DNA of 64,000 nt from a virus (Duplodnaviria > Caudoviricetes), in IMG/VR virus record IMGVR_UViG_3300031555_004524, positions 184,150 to 248,149 of that record; one strand, given 5' to 3'. Below, in pieces: positions 19,511 to 27,870 of this stretch (position 1 is the stretch's first letter; each line of letters opens with the position of its first letter). A program made the translations under genes and the position numbers. Under the pieces are notes generated by a model. The model did no database searches. It was not told where the DNA came from and saw nothing but the letters and a program-made list of their open reading frames with translations.

Positions 19511-20215
19511 TTAGACCATTGCTGGTCCGTGTGGAATTGGCTGCATTGGTTTGATAAATGGAACTCCTTCATGGATCAACTGTGGCTGCGCATTTGTTGC
19601 ATTCTGTTTAGCCTCAGCAGCTGCAATATTCTGTGCAATAGTTGATCCTGTAACAGGTATCTGTTTTTCACTCTCAATATTCTGAGAGCTCTGTAATCTA
19701 ATCATAAGATCATTTGCAGATGATACCATTGATGTCATCACAAGTGACATTGCTGAAATAGCATCCGGAATACTATTTAATTCTCCAATAAGCTGTGCTT
19801 TTTCTTCTGGTGTCATCGCTGCAATTTTTTCGTCAGTGTATTCATCGAATACACCTGAAAATACTTCTTTGATATTTTCTTCGAATTCATCTGGAGTTAA
19901 TTCTTTTGAACCATTTTTCTTTCTTTCTGCATCTCTTTTAGCTTTCTTTTCAGCAGCTTCAATCTCTTCAAAAAATGCATCACACTCTTCTACAGTGTTG
20001 AATCCCATTGCTTTTGCAAAACGTTCAGATGTTTTATTTTCAGAATCATCATCGTTGTTTGAATCATATCGTCGAGAATGTTCTGTTATTGAAGATTTTA
20101 AATCTCTACTTACAATTGCCGCTTTTCCTTTAGCTCCGTAGTATGCTGATACTACATTATTACTTATAAAACCTCCGATACCACCTACGTTATCTAATGC
20201 TTTTAAAATACCCAT
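19511..20215 (-). CDS. Hypothetical early protein
   Basis: 234 aa; AAGGAGG RBS; early-type promoter at 20272-20290. Confidence 0.7.
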   Translation of the reverse strand: MGILKALDNVGGIGGFISNNVVSAYYGAKGKAAIVSRDLKSSITEHSRRYDSNNDDDSENKTSERFAKAMGFNTVEECDAFFEEIEAAEKKAKRDAERKKNGSKELTPDEFEENIKEVFSGVFDEYTDEKIAAMTPEEKAQLIGELNSIPDAISAMSLVMTSMVSSANDLMIRLQSSQNIESEKQIPVTGSTIAQNIAAAEAKQNATNAQPQLIHEGVPFIKPMQPIPHGPAMV

Positions 20216-20271
20216 AATTATCCTCCTTCTAAATATATATTTTTTGTGTATTATGAATACTTTTTATTATT

Positions 20272-20290
20272 TCACTATTATAATATGCTA
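20272..20290 (-). promoter_or_regulatory. Early-type promoter
   Basis: Minus strand TAG CATATTAT AATAG TGA. Confidence 0.55.
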
Positions 20291-20351
20291 TTATTTTTTA
20301 TTACTTTTACATCAAATATACACTCTAAAAGCCTGTAAAATGACCCATGGA

Positions 20352-20363
20352 AACATTTTATTA
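20352..20363 (+). promoter_or_regulatory. Late-type promoter AACA-N6-TA
   Basis: AACA TTTTAT TA upstream of the tail-appendage operon. Confidence 0.7.
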
Positions 20364-20393
20364 ATATTTAGGATAGGAGGAGGATAGTATATC

Positions 20394-22202
20394 ATGGATA
20401 AGATTGATGGAATAAAAATTGGAGATCTTCTCCAAAAAAAATCTTTATTAGAAACTGATATCCTCATTATCGAAGACTCAGAAAATACTAAAAAAGTTAC
20501 GCTAAAGGACTTTGTTGTGAGTATTATTAAAGACAACGAAGCTCCTGCTAATTTTAGATTATATTCATCATTCAAAATAGATGAATTATTCAAAGAAATA
20601 TCAAATAAACTTGAAATTGAACTTGGTAGAGTTTCTGGCGGATATGAAGAAGTCATGGGAGTGTTAGCCAAGAGATCAGAGTTAGATGATTTGAAAAAAT
20701 ATGTAGATGATGCTTTAGGTAAAAAATTAAGCACAGACGTTGCTATGGAAGCATTAGAATCAAAACGTGATAAAAACGTTCTAATCAAGTCAGAAGATTT
20801 GGATACATCTTCTGATGCAGTCAAGATAAAAATCAAAAATTTATCTAAAGAAGTAATAGATTCAATGACAGGTGCAACTCCAATTCCTGTAAGTAAAGCT
20901 CCTGCTAGTGGATGGGCTACTGAAGATATTGCTAATAGAGCTATTATTGCGTCAAAATTAAGTGAAACTTATAGATTCGTTCAGCATTCTACGTCTGGTA
21001 ATATTAATGAATTCATCAAAGATGGATTATACACATTAGGCCCAAATGTAACAGGGTTACCTAAGATGGATGAAGATGATGAAGAAATTAGAATATTAGA
21101 TGTAATAGCTGCGAATAATTATATTATTCAGACAGTTTATTATTCTAATGATTATGAAGAAAGACCAATTTATAGAAGAAAATGTAATATAAATAGGATA
21201 CATGTTGCCGAATTTAAAGAAATTCACGAAGTATCTTCTGAATTTAAAATTGGTAGAAATATGCTCAAAGAAGAGTATAATAATAATGGAATAGTATCGA
21301 CTGGTAATATATATAAATATAGAGATGAAGGTAATTATTACATGGAATCTACAGTAGAAGGGTTACCATCAAATGACTCTGATTATTTAGTTGAAGTGAA
21401 AAAATATGGTGAAAGCTATATCTACACTGCAGAAAAAATATCATCCAGTGAATGCATAGTATATCACAGTATATTGTATTTCCAAGCTGGATATTTACCA
21501 ATAAATTCAGATTGGTACACAATAAGTACTACATCAAAATCTAAATTTGATGGAAAACGTGTATATTTATTCGGAGATGAAATATTATTTGGATCTGGAT
21601 CTAGTGATATGAATACTAAATCTATTGCTAGTATACTCACCAATAAGTATGGTATGATAGTCTATAATAGATCTATTGTTGGAGCTACTCTTGGTAATTA
21701 TGGAGATGAGCATATTTCCCAATCAAGTGTATTAAAACAGATTGAAACAACTCCAATAGATAATGCTGATTATGTTATAGTATTAGCAGGTACAGAAGAT
21801 TGGCGATTGGAAATTTCTGAATTAGGAATTAATGATAATAAATATGAAACTAATGATTCTTCTTTTAAAGGGTCAGTAGCATTAGCTATTAAATCTATAT
21901 TGGAAAAGAATCCTACTGTTAAGATTTTATTCTGTACTCCAATATTTAGAAGTCGTATAAATTATGGAGATGGAAAAAATTCAGATACAACTGCTGTTAA
22001 TGATGTATATTTGCACGAATATGCAGATGCTATGATAGACATATGCAATGCTCATCATGTTCCAGTATTAAATATATATACTAATAGTATGATAAATCAA
22101 TATACCGCTGATACGTATTTGAGAGATGGTTTGAATCTTAACGATGCTGGGAACGCATTAATTGCAGATAAGATCGTTAGCGGATTATCATTTTATTATT
22201 AG
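20394..22202 (+). CDS. Tail-associated protein with C-terminal SGNH/GDSL-fold domain (catalytic S and H replaced)
   Basis: KRVYLFGDEI (normally GDS), NRSIVGAT, IVLAGTED (normally GxND), DGLNLNDAG (normally DGxHxN). Confidence 0.7.
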   Translation: MDKIDGIKIGDLLQKKSLLETDILIIEDSENTKKVTLKDFVVSIIKDNEAPANFRLYSSFKIDELFKEISNKLEIELGRVSGGYEEVMGVLAKRSELDDLKKYVDDALGKKLSTDVAMEALESKRDKNVLIKSEDLDTSSDAVKIKIKNLSKEVIDSMTGATPIPVSKAPASGWATEDIANRAIIASKLSETYRFVQHSTSGNINEFIKDGLYTLGPNVTGLPKMDEDDEEIRILDVIAANNYIIQTVYYSNDYEERPIYRRKCNINRIHVAEFKEIHEVSSEFKIGRNMLKEEYNNNGIVSTGNIYKYRDEGNYYMESTVEGLPSNDSDYLVEVKKYGESYIYTAEKISSSECIVYHSILYFQAGYLPINSDWYTISTTSKSKFDGKRVYLFGDEILFGSGSSDMNTKSIASILTNKYGMIVYNRSIVGATLGNYGDEHISQSSVLKQIETTPIDNADYVIVLAGTEDWRLEISELGINDNKYETNDSSFKGSVALAIKSILEKNPTVKILFCTPIFRSRINYGDGKNSDTTAVNDVYLHEYADAMIDICNAHHVPVLNIYTNSMINQYTADTYLRDGLNLNDAGNALIADKIVSGLSFYY

Positions 22203-22226
22203 TAATTATGAAAGGAGAAAGTTACT

Positions 22227-23462
22227 ATGGATGACGTAAAAATCCGCGAACTTCCGCATAAATCGAAATTAAGTAGTTCTGATTTAGTTGTAATAGAAAC
22301 TAATGATGGAACACAAGTAGCAAACGTTAATACTTTTAAATCATTACTCGACACAGCAACAGTTTTTGAAACATTATATGATATGAGAGAGGCAGATTTA
22401 GAAGAGGGATTAACATGTATCACTCTTGGTTATAGGACAAGAGGTGATGGAGGGGCAGCTCAATATATAATTACATATAATCCTACATTGAAACCAAATG
22501 GGTACGATGTAATTAAACTTAACACATCTGATACATTACGAGCAGTATTTATATCACTCACAGGAACAGTAACTCCAGAACAGTTTGGCGCTAAAGGTGA
22601 TGGGTCTAAAGATGACAGTATTGCTATTCAAGCATGTATAGATTCTGGTCTCCATGTTTTATTTAAACCAAATGCAAAGTATTGCATACATACTCCATTA
22701 GAGTTAAAATCTAATACATATTTGGACTTAAATGGATGCACATTACTCCCAGTAGTTTGTGATGTATTTACTCTAAAATCCTCACAGTCAGAGGCTGCAC
22801 TAATATCTAATTTATCAGAATCTGATATTATTGGTAATATTCATATTACAAACTTTACCGTAGATATTAGAGATGGATTAAGTGCAATAAAATTTTGCAA
22901 TAGAGTTTTATCAAATATTATTATCGATAATTTTAGAATACTAAATACTAATAGACATGCAATAGAAGTTAGTATAGTAAATCAACTCGCTGTTAAAAAT
23001 GGATATATTTCAGGTAATCCAGAATTTAATACATCTATTATTTATAGTGATATTTCATTCTTGGGAGATGAAGTTCCATCAGCAAATATGAGTATGACAT
23101 CTATAGTTATAGATAATATTCATGCTAAAAATATCGGAACCATTGTTCAATCTGAAAAGGCAAGTGACAGTGCAGATGTTATAGATAATATTAGAATCAG
23201 AGATATAAATTATTATTCCGATACATTACTTGCAAATTCTTGCATATTTAAGTCATTAGGTGGGAATAATACTAATGTGACAATATCTGATATATATGCT
23301 AAAAATATTTCATACATTGCAGATTCCATAGCACATGGAGTTTGTAATATATCTAATATTCAAGGAACTAATGTGTCATCAATATTATCACATATAGCAT
23401 CTTTGGAAACTAATGATATGGTATATAATATAGCTGACACTATAAATATAACTACATCATAG
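22227..23462 (+). CDS. Tailspike-like protein with pectate-lyase-3/beta-helix depolymerase-type domain
   Basis: LGYRTRGDGGAAQY and VTPEQFGAKGDGSKDDSIAIQACID followed by I-x-I-x-N beta-helix repeats. Confidence 0.7.
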   Translation: MDDVKIRELPHKSKLSSSDLVVIETNDGTQVANVNTFKSLLDTATVFETLYDMREADLEEGLTCITLGYRTRGDGGAAQYIITYNPTLKPNGYDVIKLNTSDTLRAVFISLTGTVTPEQFGAKGDGSKDDSIAIQACIDSGLHVLFKPNAKYCIHTPLELKSNTYLDLNGCTLLPVVCDVFTLKSSQSEAALISNLSESDIIGNIHITNFTVDIRDGLSAIKFCNRVLSNIIIDNFRILNTNRHAIEVSIVNQLAVKNGYISGNPEFNTSIIYSDISFLGDEVPSANMSMTSIVIDNIHAKNIGTIVQSEKASDSADVIDNIRIRDINYYSDTLLANSCIFKSLGGNNTNVTISDIYAKNISYIADSIAHGVCNISNIQGTNVSSILSHIASLETNDMVYNIADTINITTS

Positions 23463-23496
23463 CACAATGTAGAATAAGGGAAGGTGAATAATAGTT

Positions 23497-23931
23497 ATGG
23501 CTGATAATGTTGGTCTCATTAGAGACGAGAAACGAATACATGAATTGGAAGGACTTACTAGACTTAGAGATGATGCGTATTTTGTAGTAAGTCAAGATAA
23601 TTTAACTAGAAAAGTTACACTTCTTAGTTTAAGATTAGCATTTATAGCAGAAGAGGCTCATGAATCTAAATTTTATACATCTGAAATGATAGATCAAAAA
23701 ATTACTATACTTAATAAGAAGATATTAGATTTATCTAACTTATTACATGATCAATCTAGCATTTTAAGTGATATAAAAAATGATATCAATATCAATAAGC
23801 AGGATATTATTGATATACGAAAAGCTATTGAAGATATCCATAAAAGAATTGATACGCTATATTCATGGGGAACAGCTATTCCTACTACATTGGAAACTGG
23901 AAAATTATACTTCCAATATTTTATAAACTAA
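23497..23931 (+). CDS. Small tail-fibre-associated coiled-coil protein
   Basis: Shared N-terminal module, coiled coil, and C-terminal GTAIPTTLETGKLYFQY fibre-type motif. Confidence 0.55.
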   Translation: MADNVGLIRDEKRIHELEGLTRLRDDAYFVVSQDNLTRKVTLLSLRLAFIAEEAHESKFYTSEMIDQKITILNKKILDLSNLLHDQSSILSDIKNDININKQDIIDIRKAIEDIHKRIDTLYSWGTAIPTTLETGKLYFQYFIN

Positions 23932-23956
23932 TTAAAACATTGGAGGTGAATAGGAT

Positions 23957-25456
23957 ATGGGAGCTTATCAATATACCAGTAGAAAATCCACTCCATCAGA
24001 TGCGTCCTGGATGTGGGTTCATGGAGAAAGATCTACTGTTCAATTAAATGAAGCTGGAAATGCGTGGAAATTTACAATCACCATTTCAGTAAATAACTCA
24101 TATAGATTAAACGTTCGTAATTGGAATAACTCTGCAACTAAAGCTAAACATTCTAAAATGATAGTTACCCTTAGAGAAGAATCGTCAACAGGTAAAATTA
24201 TAGGTACCGCATCAGTAAATTTTAGAAATACACCGATGACCGGTGTTGATTTGACCAAAACAATGGCTACTGTTACCATTGATAATATAAAAGGTGTTGC
24301 ACAAAGAGTATATGTTGAGATACATGCAAATCTAAGAGGTGTATATGGTACTAATGGAAAACCTGGTGTTTACTATGTATCTAAAAATAAAAATATCACA
24401 GATTTATATGAGTATGGATATTTTGATGTATCCGATATTCAATTAGATAGTAAACCAGTTTTATATAATCTTCAGAATGATAATAAATATAATGGTCAAG
24501 ATGGGGTATCTGCTTCAGCTAACAGTATTAGTATAAAATGGGCATTGTTGGATGGGGATGCACCTACGAGTTCTCAGTATAGATTAAATGGCGGAGCTTG
24601 GCAAAGCGCAGACAATTTATATGATACTGATATAACTGGGTTAGTAGCGTATACTACCTATAATATAGACGTAAGAGGGTCCAATGATGCAGGTACTAGT
24701 GATATCATAAGTATAACAATACGAACTCTAGCAAACCCACCTACGGTAACATTGAAATTGATAGATGAACTGTTAGAAGAGTTGAAATATACATGGACAG
24801 CTAATGTGGAATGTTCCAATATGGAATATAAATATATTGTAACTGGGAATACAACTGAAAAGAGTAGTACTGTTAATAATGCTAAAACTGGTGATATTTC
24901 GATACAAGATCTAGAACCAAATATGACTGTAATAGTAGCAGTTAGAGTTAAATCAACTGATAAGTATGACGGTTTATGGAGTTCTTATACTGATTATGTA
25001 GAAGGAACTACAGATAAGATAGCAGAATTAACATCAGATCCAAATATTATATTTGGGGATACTTTTGTTTTAACTAAAATAAATCCATCTGGAAATTTGA
25101 ATAGAATTGAAGTAGAAGCTGGAGATGATTATGTGCATATATTTACTATAGATCCAGCTTTAAATTCAATAAATCATGTTCCTACAGATTCTGAGTTAGA
25201 TAAAATGTATAGACAATATAAAAATACAAATACAATTCCAATTAGATATAAAGTAATAACACTTGGTAAGGTGAAAGAATATTCTCATGTAAGTGATGGA
25301 ACTGTGACACTAACTGGAAATATGAAAACTTCACATGTTGGCGTAACAAATATTCCTAGAAGATGCAAAATTTGGATAGGAGATGAGGATAAAATACCTA
25401 GACGGTGTGTTGCTTGGATAGGTGATGAAAATGGAATTGCTAGAAGATGTATATAA
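23957..25456 (+). CDS. Fibronectin type III domain-containing virion protein
   Basis: SISIKW...QYRLNGGAW...ITGLVAYTTYNIDVRGSN and DLEPNMTVIVAVRV are FN3-like repeats. Confidence 0.65.
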   Translation: MGAYQYTSRKSTPSDASWMWVHGERSTVQLNEAGNAWKFTITISVNNSYRLNVRNWNNSATKAKHSKMIVTLREESSTGKIIGTASVNFRNTPMTGVDLTKTMATVTIDNIKGVAQRVYVEIHANLRGVYGTNGKPGVYYVSKNKNITDLYEYGYFDVSDIQLDSKPVLYNLQNDNKYNGQDGVSASANSISIKWALLDGDAPTSSQYRLNGGAWQSADNLYDTDITGLVAYTTYNIDVRGSNDAGTSDIISITIRTLANPPTVTLKLIDELLEELKYTWTANVECSNMEYKYIVTGNTTEKSSTVNNAKTGDISIQDLEPNMTVIVAVRVKSTDKYDGLWSSYTDYVEGTTDKIAELTSDPNIIFGDTFVLTKINPSGNLNRIEVEAGDDYVHIFTIDPALNSINHVPTDSELDKMYRQYKNTNTIPIRYKVITLGKVKEYSHVSDGTVTLTGNMKTSHVGVTNIPRRCKIWIGDEDKIPRRCVAWIGDENGIARRCI

Positions 25457-25464
25457 AAATAAAA

Positions 25465-25497
25465 ATAGAGAATACCCATAGTTGGGTATTCTCTTTT
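25465..25497. terminator. Bidirectional terminator
   Basis: AGAGAATACCCA-TAGT-TGGGTATTCTCT between convergent genes. Confidence 0.7.
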
Positions 25498-25504
25498 ATC
25501 TGTT

Positions 25505-27250
25505 TTAAAATATAGGAGCTGTTAAATGTTTTTCAGTTTCACCTAAAGTCAATGTTAAATTATATAAAACTTGCATAGCTTCATTTGAAGGTTTTCTCAT
25601 ATTTTTCCCATCAAGACCAATATAATTTTTTTTAGATTTAATATATTTATCTAATTCTTCATTAGCTTCTACTGTATATACACCTTTAATAGATACAGTA
25701 TCTCCATCATAGTCCCCTCCAATACCATTAAGCAATAAGTTGCAAATATTAAGCGTATCTATGAAATCCTGACTTGTATTTCTACCTACATCTTCTTGTC
25801 TAATTTTAGGATAATGTCGATACAATGTATTATTTACATATACAGGTTCAGTTTCCCTGATAGTATTTATTCTAAATTTAGATGGGAATTGATTATAGCT
25901 GGTATCTATAGGGAAACGAGTAATCAATATATGTTTATCTACTGCACATTCGCATGCAGCCATATAAAAAACGTCGCACCAAGTTAATTTTCTAGAAATC
26001 AATGGAGATGCATCAGTTACTCTTCCACTAGCCAGTTCCTCTGCAGTTACAGAATGACCTTTAAATGCAAGATATCCAACTTTTCCATCTAATAATGGAA
26101 CTTCAATAGGGGAAAATCTATTAGAGTATCCGTGAATAAATCTTTTTATTTCACCTTTTATTACATCTTCCGAATAAGAGATTAATGGGTCTTTTACTTC
26201 TGCATACATAATATCTCCTTTAGTGGTCATAACTTTATGCCTTATACCTCCACTAAATTCATTTTCAAAGAACCTCTTCACCCAATATATAATAAACGGT
26301 CTGAAGTTTACTATTGCAGATGCTAATGGTAAAGCGCAATGTTCTATATCTACCATCATATCGTTCATAGTTTCAACTTTCAATTCAGGAGCAGATAATA
26401 CTAATCTAGTTCCATCATTTGCAGTTTTACTCATAACTGCATTTCGAATTAAACCTTTCTTTTTAGATAATCCTACACCATCACTCTCTCCACTTCCAGT
26501 TCCACATAATACATCATAAATTTGTACCAATGTGTCCTGTATACGCCCCTTTACAGAATTAGACATAGATAATCCGTAATCCTGAGTTTCTATTAAAGCT
26601 CTTACAGAAATGATTAAAGATGAATAATACTTATTCAATACTCCAACTCCAATGTTTCCTCCTCTATTTTGAACGTCTCTATAATATGGTGGAATTACTA
26701 TGAATTTATTCATAAATATAACTTTTTTATATTTTTCTATGAATTGAATTTTCTTATCACGTTTTCTAGAATCTGTTGATTTTATTTTTATTTTATCTAT
26801 ATTATCTTTTAAGAATTTTACTCCGTTTGATCCATTTGGATCTTCTACGAAATCACCATCTGGTCCAATAGAATAAGTTTTAGTGCCATGAACTATTTCT
26901 TTTATTCTACTATCCATTCTTCCCCATAATTTATATACTAGCGGATGCAAAAACCAATCATGCAGATCTATATATCCAAATATATTAGATCTTTCTTCTT
27001 TAGTGATTCCGAATATTTCATTAGATAACAATCCTTCTGGAGTAGGAACTCCATCTCTAATAAAGAATACTGGATCTGTTATTTCTTTTACATTATTTGC
27101 TTTAATAAATGCGTCTACATTAAGAGGTTGCATCTGAAAATGCTTATCAGCAACTGCTTCATACAATGCAAAATTTTCATTAATTTTTAATAATTCCGAA
27201 AGGGAATGTGTATCTATCCCTCTTTCATATGAATATGAAATCATAGTCAT
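25505..27250 (-). CDS. rpoC: Phage multisubunit RNA polymerase beta'-like subunit (N-terminal part, catalytic DxDGD)
   Basis: GLLSNEIFG, FGYIDL, VIPPYYRD, KKGLIR, LITRFP and GGDYDGD occur in beta' order. At 581 aa it is a split subunit, as in AR9/phiKZ-like phages. Confidence 0.9.
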   Translation of the reverse strand: MTMISYSYERGIDTHSLSELLKINENFALYEAVADKHFQMQPLNVDAFIKANNVKEITDPVFFIRDGVPTPEGLLSNEIFGITKEERSNIFGYIDLHDWFLHPLVYKLWGRMDSRIKEIVHGTKTYSIGPDGDFVEDPNGSNGVKFLKDNIDKIKIKSTDSRKRDKKIQFIEKYKKVIFMNKFIVIPPYYRDVQNRGGNIGVGVLNKYYSSLIISVRALIETQDYGLSMSNSVKGRIQDTLVQIYDVLCGTGSGESDGVGLSKKKGLIRNAVMSKTANDGTRLVLSAPELKVETMNDMMVDIEHCALPLASAIVNFRPFIIYWVKRFFENEFSGGIRHKVMTTKGDIMYAEVKDPLISYSEDVIKGEIKRFIHGYSNRFSPIEVPLLDGKVGYLAFKGHSVTAEELASGRVTDASPLISRKLTWCDVFYMAACECAVDKHILITRFPIDTSYNQFPSKFRINTIRETEPVYVNNTLYRHYPKIRQEDVGRNTSQDFIDTLNICNLLLNGIGGDYDGDTVSIKGVYTVEANEELDKYIKSKKNYIGLDGKNMRKPSNEAMQVLYNLTLTLGETEKHLTAPIF

Positions 27251-27270
27251 ATTCTCCTCTCTATATTTAT

Positions 27271-27282
27271 TATCATAATGTT
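27271..27282 (-). promoter_or_regulatory. Late-type promoter AACA-N6-TA
   Basis: Minus strand AACA TTATGA TA directly upstream of the RNAP subunit. Confidence 0.7.
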
Positions 27283-27291
27283 TCGGATATG

Positions 27292-27328
27292 AAATTTCCC
27301 TGATACCATTACAGTATCAGGGATATTT
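27292..27328 (-). terminator. Terminator
   Basis: TCCCTGATAC-CATTACA-GTATCAGGGA. Confidence 0.6.
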
Positions 27329-27622
27329 TTATAATAATTGAATAATTACTGCATTACCTTCAACTACTCCAGTAACAGTATAAAGAGTTCCGTATATCAT
27401 TAACTCTTTATTTGCAGCAATTCTATTCATTTCTTCAGCATCTGTTTTTGAATCAAATGTAATCCGAAATGAAATTGGTTGATCATTTGCCATAGAACTT
27501 TCAATAGATGTGCCATCATATGATCCAAATAGATCATACATAGCCATCAATTCATCAAAATGATCTTTAACCAATGTCACTGGATCATTACTTATTGATT
27601 CCGAGAAAGCCACTCTATCCAT
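27329..27622 (-). CDS. Small hypothetical protein in the baseplate operon
   Basis: 97 aa; AAGGAGG RBS. Confidence 0.7.
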   Translation of the reverse strand: MDRVAFSESISNDPVTLVKDHFDELMAMYDLFGSYDGTSIESSMANDQPISFRITFDSKTDAEEMNRIAANKELMIYGTLYTVTGVVEGNAVIIQLL

Positions 27623-27651
27623 GTCTATAATTTCCTCCTTATCAATAATAT

Positions 27652-27864
27652 CTATGATCCTTCCATTTGGTCTTGTAATTCTTCTGCCGCTTTATTTTTC
27701 TTGCCTTCTTCCGATCTTGATTCATTGAGGACTAAGGCATGTAGATAATGGAACATTCCAATTTCCATATCATATAACTCCATAAACGAGACTCGTCCTT
27801 TTAACCATCCAGCTACTAAACTGCAGTGATCTAGCCATTGGCCAGAGCAGCCAGATGATGACGT
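27652..27864 (-). CDS. 70-aa -1 frameshift extension of the gp26-like protein (gp51-like segment; not in ORF track)
   Basis: Open -1 frame beginning at the TTTTTTA slippery site: TSSSGCSGQWLDHCSLVAGWLKGRVSFMELYDMEIGMFHYLHALVLNESRSEEGKKNKAAEELQDQMEGS*. Confidence 0.7.
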   Translation of the reverse strand, partial: TSSSGCSGQWLDHCSLVAGWLKGRVSFMELYDMEIGMFHYLHALVLNESRSEEGKKNKAAEELQDQMEGS

Positions 27865-27870
27865 AAAAAA
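27806..27870 (-). promoter_or_regulatory. Programmed -1 ribosomal frameshift signal
   Basis: T TTT TTA heptamer (27870-27864), 6-nt spacer, and a 12-bp stem CATCTGGCTGCT/AGTAGCTGGATG (3 G-U pairs) enclosing an inner hairpin. Confidence 0.7.

Noticed and set aside
23935-23950. AACATTGGAGGT as a late promoter
   Set aside because: It lacks the TA at the consensus position, and the GGAGGT is simply the RBS of the FN3 gene.
25505-27250. Intron or intein in the RNAP subunit (common in AR9-like phages)
   Set aside because: The frame is continuous with conserved motifs at compact spacing, and no intein or homing endonuclease motifs were seen.
27831-27833. TAG readthrough of the gp26-like gene
   Set aside because: The 0 frame hits another TAG five codons later; only the -1 frame is open.
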